64,000 bases of DNA, from assembly GCA_001662655.1 (NCBI GenBank), contig KV460211.1, one strand, 5' to 3'. This document shows, piece after piece, positions 1 through 11,698 of this stretch. Source of the stretch: Pseudogymnoascus verrucosus (taxonomy: Eukaryota). The notes beneath the pieces were generated by a model that was not told the origin of the DNA, searched no databases, and was given only the letters and a program-made list of their open reading frames with translations. Position 1 is the stretch's first letter. The number at the start of each line of letters is the position of its first letter. The position numbers were made by a program, and so were the translations under genes.

Positions 1-349
1 TTGCGCTGCTGGGTAGAGAAGCGACAAGCCAACGACCTGTTCTCACAATTGGCGCAGCTCGGGCGTCGGAGATCACACTGTGTTGCGATTTAGACAGGGC
101 AGACAAGGTCGAAAATGGCAACACAAGGGCGGCAAATGAAAAACAAACCAAATGCAACGACCGACACGAAGCTAACGAACCCGAGGCATCTAAGGACGGC
201 GCACATGATATTTTTCCGCTAGCACAGAAGGAAACGACTTGATGGCACTGTGGAGCAAGAGCCAGGGAAGTTCTACTCACTTTCGTCTTTCGCGCGCGGC
301 AGTGGTCACAGGCCTGTGTCAAGCGGTGCAAGGGACGGCTGCCACGCAT
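1..349 (-). CDS. Zn2Cys6 (Gal4-type) transcription factor, 5' part; runs off the window's left edge
   Basis: Exon 349-281 MRGSRPLHRLTQACDHCRARKTK, intron 280-78 (GTGAGT..CTAAAT..CAG), exon 77-1 CDLRRPSCANCENRSLACRFSTQQR. Spliced product gives a complete C-x2-C-x6-C-x6-C-x2-C-x6-C binuclear cluster. Not in the ORF track. Confidence 0.9.
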   Translation of the reverse strand, partial: MRGSRPLHRLTQACDHCRARKTKVSRTSLALAPQCHQVVSFCASGKISCAPSLDASGSLASCRSLHLVCFSFAALVLPFSTLSALSKSQHSVISDARAAPIVRTGRWLVASLPSSA

Positions 350-985
350 GATGCAGGGATCATGGTCATCCGAGAGATAGAGGTGGTTATGGAACACAGA
401 CACGTGGAGTGTGGGGAAAGGCGGGGGAAGGGGAGGAGGGGGATGGTAATTGCGGTGATGGTGGTGGTTATAATAGTGATAATGGTGATAATGTAGGCGT
501 TGGGTGGGGCTCTACATTGCTTGTAGTCTGGGGAAGTGGTCCGCGGTAGAAGGATGTGGGTGAACTGGGCGATCATCCGCTATTTATCCACGGCGACTCC
601 TGACTACCATGCAGACTTTTATTGCCGTAGTGGTGCTACTAACGTCTCCATTGAATCTACCCCGCACGTCCAAAGTGACTTCCTACTTCAACCTACTTTT
701 ACCTCGAGCTTGTCTTAGCTAGCGGCCTTGGCACATTTCGATCTTCCGCGTATAGCTTTCCACTTCCATCTTCGGACGGAGACAACATGAAATAAAATTA
801 TCGCTAGGTATTGGAGGGGGAAGTACGCCGAGAGGTTTGCACATGCAGGTAGGCAGGCGGGCAGGCAGGCTAACTATGATATGCCATGATATAAAGGTCG
901 ACTCTAGGTCCAAGATGCAATTTCTCATCCGTGGCCAGCACCTTCACCTGATCGATCAAGCCTTTCTCCTTCCTCTTTGCAGAAG

Positions 986-2923
986 ATGCACTTCATTCGC
1001 CTCGTTCTTGTCGCCGTCGGCGCAGCACGCCTGTCGTTGGCGGTGGCCACTTCTCGTTCGGGGCTGCTCCAACGGGCCGACACACAGCAATCCATCTACA
1101 GCGCCAGCCCACCCGCCCCCCCTGCGCCCGAAGATATCACCGTTATTGAGCTGCCGCTGCCCCCCGTAGCTCCCAACAATGTCATTGGCTCTTGCACCAA
1201 AGTCATAAACTCTCGCGGCACCGGCTGCATCGGCAAGGTTACAGGACTCGGCTCTGGCAACTTCCTGCCCGACAACAAACATGTCGTCGCATCCGTCATC
1301 TTTACCGGCGCACCAGCGGCCCCTGATCCTCGAAGTATCTACACGGGCCTACAGCTGATCATTGTCAAGGCCGACAAGACCACCTTTCCAAATGGCGATC
1401 CCTGGAAATGCATCACGTGTGGCATGCCTCCCGCGAACCAACTGGGTCGTGTGGATCTCATGGACTATCCCCAGGCATTCAGCGATGGCAAGCGTGTTTT
1501 GGCGGGTCCACAGGTTATCGACTGCAGCCCCTTTCAGCTGTCTAGCAAGAAGTGCACTCCCGATGTGACGCACATCTACCCAATCCGCTGGAATACATCC
1601 CCAACTGGCGACGGCGCTGGCGGGTCCATACGTGAGCTACGCTTGCATCCCGAGGACAACCACTTGGGCTTCAACTCTCTGGCCATCGGCAGCGATGGCA
1701 GCGTTTCGCAGGCGGCATACATTGGCCGCTTTGTGTTCAACAAGGCGCCTACCATTGGAACTCCACTCTCAGCCCGCTACGATCTTAGCAATGTCACGGC
1801 CCTTATAGACCCTCAGGAACGAGCCCAGATTTATGTTGAGGGTAACGAACTCAAGATCAATCAGAGTGCTATTGGCATTGGGGAGCTAAGGGGCTTTAGT
1901 GGAAGTGGTCAAGAGGTTACATACATAGGAGCACCAACCGAGTCGTGCAACATCGACGTCTATGCCATACACCTGATCACGGGAAAGATCCGCCGCCTAA
2001 CTGCACACCCCGAGTACGTCGACCCGGTTGATATCTCCCCTGATGATGCCTGGACGGCTGTGATGGATACGCGAGGCACTGGGCGACAGATGTGGCTTTC
2101 CGGTATGCGTGGCATTCCACCCATCGTTGACATGGTCGCAACTGCAGCGATATCCTCTACTCGTAACAATGGCGAGAGACGTTTCTTTCAGCCTTGGCTC
2201 ATCGATCAATACGGTGATCGAGGTCAGTACTTTGGCCAACAGATCAATGGTGCCGGAGACGGCAGCCCTGGGAGCGTTAATGATCCCGAATGGAATGGCA
2301 GAGCCGATCCAAAGTGGTCGCCTGATGGCACGCGTATTGTGTACTACCAGGCGCAAACCGTCTCACCGGAGTGTGGGGGGATAAACCCCCTGCCATGCTA
2401 CAACTCTACAGAGCCAGGTGGGCGTCAAGAGCGCATGATGATGGCCACTCTTACCAGTCGCAAGCCATGCACTCGGCGAGCTCCCGTGCCATTTGCTGAT
2501 GTCGTTCCATGGGGTACTCCATTCGTTCCTGGAAGCACCATCAGTTCTCCTAGGTACATTCCAGGAGGCAATTATACTCTGCGGGGCCAGGTTTCTGGCA
2601 CTGCTATGGTGGAAATCACCGGAGGTGCCGATAATACCTCTATTGATACGATCGCTGTCACATACTTCAACTACTCAGACGATGGCGCTTCCATCCTTAA
2701 TGGAGGCGAACGGGTCACAGTCACAACACCATACGGAGGTCAAAATGAGGTCGACTGGTTCTCAGACATTGTTCAGACAGGGGCAACACATGGAACGAAA
2801 ACCACTACTCCAGGTGGTTTGCATCTATCTGTCAACGTCTTTAAGAACCTCGCCATCTTTACTGGTAATTTAACTACTACACTTGACGGTACAGTCTGGT
2901 ACCAACCTGCCAATGGAACCTAA
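986..2923 (+). CDS. Secreted saponin-hydrolase-like protein (TolB/beta-propeller-like), intronless
   Basis: 645-aa ORF from ATG 986 with signal peptide. Segments PEDITVIELPLPPVAP, WKCITCG, RELRLHP, RRLTAHPEYVDPVDISPD and ADPKWSPDG match the fungal saponin hydrolase family as recalled. Confidence 0.75.
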   Translation: MHFIRLVLVAVGAARLSLAVATSRSGLLQRADTQQSIYSASPPAPPAPEDITVIELPLPPVAPNNVIGSCTKVINSRGTGCIGKVTGLGSGNFLPDNKHVVASVIFTGAPAAPDPRSIYTGLQLIIVKADKTTFPNGDPWKCITCGMPPANQLGRVDLMDYPQAFSDGKRVLAGPQVIDCSPFQLSSKKCTPDVTHIYPIRWNTSPTGDGAGGSIRELRLHPEDNHLGFNSLAIGSDGSVSQAAYIGRFVFNKAPTIGTPLSARYDLSNVTALIDPQERAQIYVEGNELKINQSAIGIGELRGFSGSGQEVTYIGAPTESCNIDVYAIHLITGKIRRLTAHPEYVDPVDISPDDAWTAVMDTRGTGRQMWLSGMRGIPPIVDMVATAAISSTRNNGERRFFQPWLIDQYGDRGQYFGQQINGAGDGSPGSVNDPEWNGRADPKWSPDGTRIVYYQAQTVSPECGGINPLPCYNSTEPGGRQERMMMATLTSRKPCTRRAPVPFADVVPWGTPFVPGSTISSPRYIPGGNYTLRGQVSGTAMVEITGGADNTSIDTIAVTYFNYSDDGASILNGGERVTVTTPYGGQNEVDWFSDIVQTGATHGTKTTTPGGLHLSVNVFKNLAIFTGNLTTTLDGTVWYQPANGT

Positions 2924-3864
2924 AGACGCTTCATAATAGAAACAAGGGAAGGCAAGTACAGGTTAAAGAAACACGATTCGAATTATTTACAGGAGTATCA
3001 CGGCCTTATTTAATAGACGACTCTCTTTATTCTCCTTTATTCCAAGCTGTCCTCCTACTATACAATAGACAATGAACAACCTATTCTATGAAATTTAAGA
3101 CCATCCAGACATTTGATTTATGCAGGGGAATGTCTTTCCATTATAGTTCAGCATCCTACCATATAAAAAACGCCAGGATCGCTCAGATCCATAAATCAAA
3201 GCTAGGCCCAGGCTTTAGTGGTATTGCTATTCCAAGAAACACCCCAGTTTCGTTGTGACTCTCGCCGAGCCGTCGAGTTTTTGCTCTCACGAAGGTATTC
3301 CGTACAAATGGAACTGTTTATCCGTGTCTGGTTTCTTTCCCCGCTATGGTTTTTGTCGGGCGGGGAGCGAGGGTCGCGGCAGCATCTCCGACCGACAGCC
3401 GAATACGCGGAGAGGTAGAGGCGGCTGCCTAGCTACGGCAGTTGACCAAAATCAATAGGGGCGGCTTCCAGGGTATATCAAGCTCGCACTCACCCCGTCC
3501 ACGGAAGTTGGTGTGGTTTAACCGCGGATAAACTCTTCAACCACCCCTGCACAAATTATAGATTTTAGTGGCTAAAGGGCAGATCTACTCCAGTAACCTA
3601 ACTCTGTTAGCGCGAAGTAGGTTTCTATACGCGTATAGCTTACATTGCTTCGTGAAAAGCTCCACAGACGGTCTATGCCGTGGTCTACGCCAGTGGATAA
3701 CAGTATGCGTCCAAGTTTATTATCCAGTGCGGGGATTTCTACTACCCAAGCCTCCATATAGGAGAGGCGACGAGGATGGAAAGAAAGGCGGGGAAGCAAT
3801 ATCTTACTTGGATTAAAAATAGTTTCGTGCAAGCCTTATGGACACGAAATTGACACGAGAACAG

Positions 3865-4204
3865 TGCTTCACCTTGATCGCCCTGGTCGCCCCTGCCTCA
3901 CCCTCACTTTACGTTTCGGGCGGCAAAGGGATTATACTCCGGGGTCTGCCAATTGGCACTATTGAGACCATCAATCCGATGTTACGCAAGCTTCAATATG
4001 ACAGAACGGACGGGATGCCAAAAAGAGCTCCATCGGTCTTGGAACCACTCACGCGATACAGCAATTGGTTATCAAGGTTTCATAAACAGAAACTTCAAAG
4101 TCATCCCATTCAACGACCATCTCCGGCGAAGATAGCCATGGATGAGCAAATTAAGCAGTGATGAGCAAGGGTAAGCAAGGGCGAGCAATGGTGAGCAGGG
4201 GTGT
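3865..4204. repeat. Degenerate inverted repeats of a GGG(T/C)GAGCA-like 9-10-mer array; possible MITE/foldback relic
   Basis: 3865-3907 tgcttcaccttgatcgccctggtcgcccctgcctcaccctcac resembles the reverse complement of 4157-4204 (tgctcaccattgctcgcccttgcttacccttgctcatcac). Confidence 0.4.
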
Positions 4205-4836
4205 TGAAAATAGTATAAAGAGCGAAGCTCCCTCTGTGTTTTTTTACTCACTCTTCCTTTTATAATAATTCCCATCTCTTCCCGAATTATACTATTATAT
4301 CAGTGAGATGTCTTTGCTGACTCCAAGATCTCGAAGTCTATTGGCATTGAATGGGACTCGCCGCCACAGCCGAAGTGATCCACGTACAAACCGTTACAGT
4401 TACATTGCACAGCTAGGTGGAGTATATCTATCAGATGCAATTCCTGGGATATTACTAGGTGCCGCTTCTAATAACGACGGATCGAAATCAGTTGTCGCGA
4501 CTGTGCAGTATGCCTAGCTTGTTCTCACGCATCGACGGACAGTGGTGCACCGAGCTGACATGATTCTGCGCTAAGCCAGCGATGAGATTCTAACAACATA
4601 AGATTCAAGACGCGAAAGACAATATCTCGGTGCACAAATCATGCAAGATCCATTGCGATTTTATCGGGATCATCCAGCCTCATCACGTCTACATGAGTTA
4701 ATATCCATCGATTAAAGCTATCAACGGCCATGGAAATTGATTTATTAAGAGGTTTGATCTCAATGCCCGTTATATCCCTCCGATATCCATGGATCGACAA
4801 TTCATACAGTGACTACTCTACAACCTCCCTTATCAC

Positions 4837-5493
4837 CTATTGTCCCAACCACTGGAAGGTAACAGCAACGGGGCCGGGAATCTGGGACACAATCTGTGCC
4901 GGGTTTGGCACGGCTGGGACGTACCACGCCGAGCTGCCGCCATATGCAAGAAGACCATCGATTTGCTATATCATAAAATCAGCACATGCGCGAGGCATCC
5001 GTGTAACGGGGTTCGTTTGGAAACGTACGTTGAAAACACTGGCTGTTGTACCCGCTGCGCAGTTGAGTACTGAGTTGGTCACGGCGCATGGACCTTTGCT
5101 AGTCGAGAGAGTGAAGCCATTATCTATTTTTTGACGCATTAGTATCGCAAACAGGAGGGTAAGGCCAAGGGACAGTCGAAGAAACTTACCGACTGGGATA
5201 GCTGTGATTTTGGCGCATACCCCAGCATACCAGGTGCCAGCTGTGATGAGACAACCCTTCTGGATTCCGCCGCCGTAGTATCCCTCTAGGTAACCCGGTC
5301 CAGAGAATGCGACAGCGGTAGATGTAGGTGAAGCACTAGTAGTTGGGTCTGCAGTTGGGCTGGCAGTCGTGCTGATGGTTGGAATCTCATCACAGTTATC
5401 CCAATCCTCTTGGGAGCTGTCCGCAGCATTGACTGAGCTTAAGACAGCAACAAATGGCAACAAGTATGCTGCAACAAGAGTGAAGGAAACCAT
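4837..5493 (-). CDS. Small secreted protein: Ser/Thr linker plus stand-alone RNase T2 C-terminal-like domain
   Basis: Signal peptide MVSFTLVAAYLLPFVAVLSSVNA; introns 5189-5124 and ~5028-4966. Spliced FSGPGYL..QKGCLITAGTWY..C..DNGFTLSTSKGPCAV..LNC..QIDGLLAYGGSSAWY..VTFQWLGQ* resembles the C-terminal extension of fungal RNase T2. No catalytic HGLW motif. Confidence 0.7.
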
Positions 5494-5654
5494 GATGGAA
5501 TACGTTGAACTCTAAAAATCAACAAACTTGAGGATTGTTTCTTGTGCTAAGTTGGAACATGAGAAATGCGTGTATGTTTATACAGAGCACGAAAAGACGG
5601 GGGGTTCCAAGAGTTCCCAAGGCCCTATAAAACAAAGCTATTGCCCCGGTAAGC

Positions 5655-5971
5655 CCCACGTGCATTCCCCGAACAGGCTCTTCATCAGTCCAACACCACA
5701 GCACTGGGATAAGTGCATTCAGTGAAGCTATTGCCAAGATAGCTTGAAATAAAATTGCGCTGCAACGACGATAAATTAGGAAAGGTTAGCCGCGAATCAC
5801 GGATCTCGGCACCTTATAGAAGACGTAGGGAACATGAACGTCGATGGATAGGATTATTTTTTACTATACACTTCTCCCACTGCTGAGGTGTTGGAAACTG
5901 TTGAAGAGCCTGTTCGGGGAACGCACGTGGGTCAAAGGAGTTAAGGGCGTCGATCCGGGGTGATGCACGTG
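5655..5971. promoter_or_regulatory. Divergent promoter: ~70-bp inverted repeat with CACGTG (Pho4/NUC-1-type) boxes
   Basis: Arms 5655-5723 and 5861-5931 are imperfect reverse complements. CACGTG at 5657, 5924 and 5966 (CCACGTGC/GCACGTGGG context); CACGTT at 6249; TATAAA on the minus strand at 5577-5582. Confidence 0.65.
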
Positions 5972-6605
5972 GGTGACATGTGTAGTTCGGAGAAGAGTGC
6001 GCATCTTTAGCTTCTCTCAACAGTTGGGGTACCCTGATGTCGTAATACGTAATCTGTCAAATATTCTCATTCTTAAAGAACAATTTTGAAGCCGGTAGTT
6101 ATTTACACCGTCGCGTCATTGAAACTACCTTCCTTGCCAAGATAGTTGCAGGAAGCTTGTCGTGGGAGGTCTAGCGCCACAGACATGCAAGCATTTATTG
6201 GCAGGGGAAATTGGTGGAGAATGCCGTTTGCTTTACACCCCTGCACCCCACGTTCACCACAACTCGCCTCTGATTGTCTGACGGCCGTACCTGATCTTGA
6301 GCTTCAATATCATTCTTCGATTAGTGTAGAGGCTAGAATAATCTATTGGCTTGGCATATAGCCGTTGGTAATAGTCCTTGTCGCTGGCAACAACCACTGA
6401 CCTGGTTTTCTTTGCCTTGGATATATCTCGTAAGTCGTATATTGTATGTACCCTTTGATATATATATACACAATGTAAGTTGGCTTCAATTCTTTGGATT
6501 TTTTTCTGTCGCGCGCGCAGTTTGTTCTATACTCTCATTGCTTGGGATCTTTTGACCCAGTCCTTTCGTTTGGCATCACTGTCACTGTCGCTCTCTACAT
6601 CTACG

Positions 6606-9600
6606 ATGAAGACAACAACAGCGCTATTTGTGCTCAGCGCACTGTCGACCGCGACGAACGCAGTACCAGCCCCTGTGGTTGATACTGTGTATCCGTATAC
6701 CGGCCCCGATGTCCCTATTGGCGATTGGGTTGACCCGACCATCAATGGCAATGGCAAGGGCTACCAACGCCTCGTTGAGCCTCCTGCTGTCAAACCGGCT
6801 TCGGAAAACCCCACGAACAATGTCAATGTCATATCATTGGCATATCTGCCAGATGGAATGAATGTCCACTATCAGACTCCGTTCGGTTTAGGTGTTGCCC
6901 CATCTGTCAAATGGGGTACTGATCCTAGCAAGCTGGACCAAACGGCAACTGGAAATTCTCACACGTATGTTATCTCTCCTTCACTTATGTTGAGCCATAC
7001 CATATTCTGACGCTGGATTAATCTTCAGATATGACCGAACTCCACCTTGCTCTCTTGTTTCCTCTGTCACCATGTGTAGTCAATGGTTTCACGAGGTCCC
7101 AATCAAGAACTTGCAACCAGGCACGACGTACTATTACCAGATTCCTGCTGCCAACGGAACCACTGTTTCGGATGTCGAGAAATTTACTACAGCTCGTGCT
7201 GCAGGACAGGATGGCGAGTTTTCTGTGGCTGTCCTAAACGACATGGGTTATACCAATGCAGCTGGAACACTCAAGCAGATGAGCCTCGCCGTCGACGATG
7301 GAGTTGCCTTCGCTTGGCACGGTGGAGACATCAGTTACGCAGATGATTGGTACTCTGGCATCATTCCCTGCGAATCCAGTTGGCCGTTGTGCTATAACGG
7401 CTCTTCTTCCCAGTTCCCTGGTGGCGTGGTCGACAACCCGGATTACCTTGAGCCACTCCCCGAGGGAGAGGTTCCCACCCAAGGAAGCCCACGCGGTGGT
7501 GACATGAGCTCCCTTTACGAGTCTAACTGGGATCTTTGGCAACAATGGACCAACACCATTACTACCAAGGTGCCTTACATGGTTCTGCCTGGTAACCACG
7601 AAGCAGCATGTGCCGAATTTGATGGCGGCAATCACGAATTATCTGCTTACCTCAACGATAACAAGGCAAACTCAACTGGTAACTCTACGAACTATCTCAC
7701 TTATTACAGTTGCCCAGAATCCCAGAGGTAAGAACTGAGAATGAATTTTATCTTGCTTGTATTATCTTCAAGGTGGCACATGCTAATTATATTAGAAACT
7801 TCACCGCCTATATGAACCGCTTCAAGATGCCTGGAGATGAAACTGGTGGCGTAGGAAACTTCTGGTACTCCTTCGACTACGGACTTGCTCACTTTGTTTC
7901 TATCGACGGTGAAACCGATTACGCGTACAGCCCTGAATGGCCCTTTGTACGTGACCTTAAGAATGGCGAATCCCACCCTCTAGAGACAGAGACCTACCCT
8001 ACAGACAGTGGACCTTTCGGCAGAATCGATGGCACCTGGCAAGATAATACCGGATACGAGCAGTATCAGTGGTTGGCAAAGGATCTTGCTAGTGTCAACC
8101 GTACCAAGACTCCCTGGGTCATTGCCATGAGCCATCGTCCAATGTGGAGTTCAAGCACCTCGTCATACCAAACGTATATCAGAGCAGCTTTCCAGAATCT
8201 GATGCTCCAGAATGGTGTGGATGCTTACCTCTCTGGCCATATTCATTATTATGAGCGTATGTACCCTCTTACGTCTACTGGAGCTGTCGACTCGGGCTCT
8301 GTCATCGACCAAAACACCTACAGAACCAACCCAGGTGTTTCGATGACGCATATTATCAACGGCATGGCTGGTAATATTGAAAGCCACAGTATCCTATCTG
8401 GAAAGATACAGCCCAAGACCGCTGTCCTTGATATGACACACTACGGATTCAACAAGCTCACCTTTTTCAATTCTACTGCAATGAAATTCTCCTTCGTGCT
8501 TGGAAAGGATGGCTCTATTGCTGACGAAGTTACTTTGCTTAAGCCTAAGGCTGGTGTCAGCTCTACCAGCACCTCTGCCTCTGCCACTGCCACCACAAGC
8601 GGCCTTACCACCCTCACTAGTGGTACCAGCACGAAGACCTGCATTCTCAGAACGTAAGTTTCCATCCCATTCCGGAACTCTGTTCGCTCTCTAATTTCCA
8701 ATCACCACAGATCTTCGACGACCATTGGTTCTGCTTCTACCTCCGGAACGACCTCTCCTACTACCGTTGATTCCTCCGCCACCGATACTTCATCCCCTAC
8801 CACCGTTGATTCCACCGCAACCGATACTTCATCCCCTACTACCGTTGATTCCACCGCAACCGATACTTCATCCTCTACTAACGTTGATTCCACCGCAACC
8901 GATACTTCGTCTCCTACTACCGTTGATTCTTCCGCGACTGGCTCTGCCTCTTCTACTACCGTTGATTCTTCCGCAACCGATACTTCTTCTCCTACTACCG
9001 TTGATTCTTCCTCGACTGGTACTTCCTCTCCTACTACCGTTGACTCTTCCGCAACCGAGACTTCCTCTCCTACTACCGTTGATTCTTCCGCTTCCGCAAC
9101 GTCGTCCGGCGCTACTGATACCGCATCGTCCTACACATCCTCAACGGTTTACACTACTGTCACATCTATCATCTCCTCTTGCAAACCAACGGTTACAAAC
9201 TGCCCTTACACCACGGCTCCTATCACTGTAACAGATACCATCGTCGACTACACAACTTACTGCCCCGTTAGCGGATCGTCTACCGGAACCGTCGTTCAGA
9301 CTACCCATACCCAGGCAGCCTCCAGCGATGTTCCATACACGACATCTACTGTCTACAAGACGACCACGTCCACTATCAGCGCCTGTGCCTCAACAGTAGT
9401 AGACTGCCCATACACAACTGCCCCAATTGTGGCTACCGTTGTCGTTGTTGATTACACCACCTACTGCCCCGTCGCAACTGCTTCTGCAACTACCCCTGGG
9501 GGAAGTGTCGTGGCTGTCCCAGTTGGAACTGCTTCTGCAATCACTCCTGAAGGGAGTGTCGAGGCTGTTCCCGTCGTAGGCGGCTCCGCAACAACCGCCG

Positions 9601-9923
9601 AGGGAAGTGTCGAGACCGTCCCTGTTGTCGGTGGCTCCGCAACCACCCCTGAGGGAACTGTCGAGACTGTCCCTGTCGCCGGTTCCGAGGCCACTGGCGA
9701 GGCTGGCGTTGTGACCGGTGCTGAGACAGTTGTTCCTGCTGGCCCCGAGGCTGTTGCTACGCCAGTTTCTTCCAATGGCGCTGCGGCTGCATCCGTTGCT
9801 CCTGTTGCCAACACAACCACTACTGTCGGTACTGTTCCAGTGCCTGGTGCGGCTGCCCGTGTTGGTACTGCTTCATTTGCCGGTGCTGCTGGTCTTGTTG
9901 CTCTTATTGCTTATTTCCTATAA
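6606..9923 (+). CDS. Purple acid phosphatase (AphA-like) fused to Ser/Thr-rich repeat stalk with GPI-anchor signal
   Basis: Signal peptide; introns 6965-7028, 7728-7795, 8654-8710. PAP metal motifs NDMG, GDISY, GNHE, VIAMSH, GHIH. Last exon is in frame to TAA 9921-9923 with two YTTYCP-type cell-wall repeats and a hydrophobic tail (GAAARVGTASFAGAAGLVALIAYFL). Confidence 0.9.
8757..9092 (+). repeat. Coding minisatellite, 39-bp unit (PTTVDS[S/T]ATDTSS) x ~8.5
   Basis: Units start every 39 nt from 8757 to 9069. Confidence 0.9.
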
Positions 9924-10259
9924 GTATCAAGTTTAATGTACAGAGATGGGGATTTTTGTACTCATAATTAGTTATTTATCTATGTTACAACATTGACGCG
10001 AAGTAATGCAAAACTTGCACAAAACCTATGCTCTGCCTCACCCTGCTCACATCACTCACCCTGCTCATCCTCGCTTCCCCTTGGCTTAGATTCCACGCTG
10101 TTCCTATTGGCACGATTGAGACTATTTGTTGTCCAGTGTTACAGAGACTTGTGTATGGTAGAGCAGACGGTAATGCGTAATTCTCTTGAGTTTATGGTCG
10201 TACGTGACTATTTTTTTCCTGTGGTACAATATAAGGGTATTCTAGACAATGGATGTCAC

Positions 10260-10600
10260 CTATAATGTGATAATCCATCACATTCTAGGTGGCTAATGCC
10301 ATAAATGGTACTAACGGTATATAATTATAAATTTCTGCGTAGTAATTATTAAATCATTCTATATGCAGATATTAAAAAGTTGGACCCTTTTTTATCATTT
10401 GTAAGTGTTAAAATATTAAATTTCACCTAGTTAATATTCCATCAAATATTCGAGATTTTTTTAAGATGTGTTAAACTGTGAAACCTCTAAATAATACTTA
10501 CAATCACATCTAAATTAACCAACATAGTAATATTTATATATACTAAGCCCTAGAGAATATACTCCTTACGCTTGCAAGTTATGTTGTGTTGTAATTCTTA
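10260..10600. other. AT-rich, TpA-rich intergenic patch (possible RIP-degraded relic)
   Basis: Abrupt GC drop with many TA/TAA; no ORF. Confidence 0.4.
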
Positions 10601-10784
10601 TTCGTAGTTGACCTTTGAATAAACCCGTCACGTGACTTCACTTCAAAATCCCCAAACCAACCAATCCATTCTAGGGTTCGCTTAGCAGCTACACTAGCGC
10701 CTATCGCCAGCCCACACAGAAGAATATCCTCTTTTGAATTTCGCACCGCCGTTCCCAATCCTCCCATCGACAACCACCGCAACC

Positions 10785-11698
10785 ATGAGCGCCCTCAACA
10801 AGATCGCGGCCACGAGCCCCTCGCGCCAGAGCCCCTCCGAGCTGGAGACCAGCATCGCGACTGCTCTCTTCGACCTCGAGTCGAACACCGCCGACCTCAA
10901 GGTCGCGCTCCGCCCTCTTCAATTCGTGTCCGCACGCGAGGTGAGATGAGCCCGAGCCCATTGACACGATTGTGTAGGATCCGCAGCGAGACATATGTCC
11001 GGAGAACGATTTCGCAATGGCGCCAGCCACACTGTCGTGTTTAGTTGTCGATGTGAGGGACCCGCCGAATGGGTTCGGAGCAGATACATACATACAGATG
11101 GGTGGTGGTGTCGGCGCAGAGTTGGATTTCGGACGGGCTGCGGACCATGTAAATGGAGATCGCATGCTGACTTTGATCGATGTAGATTGAGGTTGGCCAC
11201 GGCAAGAAGGCTATTGTCATCTTTGTCCCCGTCCCATCCCTTCAGGGTTTCCACCGTGTGCAGCAGCGGTAAGCATTTCCTAAAAAATCTCCCAATGTAA
11301 CCCAGGATCCAACTGACATCCCAACCAGCCTCACCCGTGAGCTCGAGAAGAAGTTCTCCGACCGCCACGTCCTGATCCTCGCCTCCCGCCGCATCCTACC
11401 CCGCCCCAAGCGCTCCAACCGCTCGCGCACTTCCCAGACCCAGAAGCGCCCACGTTCGCGCACACTCACCGCTGTGCACGACGCCATCCTCGGCGACCTC
11501 GTCTTCCCAGTCGAGATTGTCGGCAAGCGCCTGCGCACCAAGGAGGATGGATCCAAGGTCCTCAAGGTCATCCTCGACGAGAAGGAGCGTGGTGGTGTTG
11601 ACTACAGACTCGATACCTACTCCGAGGTCTACCGTCGTTTGACTGGCCGTGGTGTCAACTTCGAGTTCCCCCAGGGTGTTGCCGCTACTGAGTTTTAA
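10785..11698 (+). CDS. RPS7: 40S ribosomal protein S7 (eS7)
   Basis: [76 protein letters not shown]; introns 10941-11185 and 11269-11328. Confidence 0.97.

Noticed and set aside
3838..4161. 107-aa ORF between the inverted arrays
   Set aside because: No recognisable domain or transposase motif; not called as a gene.
4560..4650. Minus-strand FVHRDI resembling a kinase HRD motif
   Set aside because: Flanked by stops, with no other kinase motifs nearby.
8725..9231. Leu/Pro-rich 168-aa ORF
   Set aside because: Alternate-frame reading of the phosphatase's 39-bp Thr/Ser repeats.
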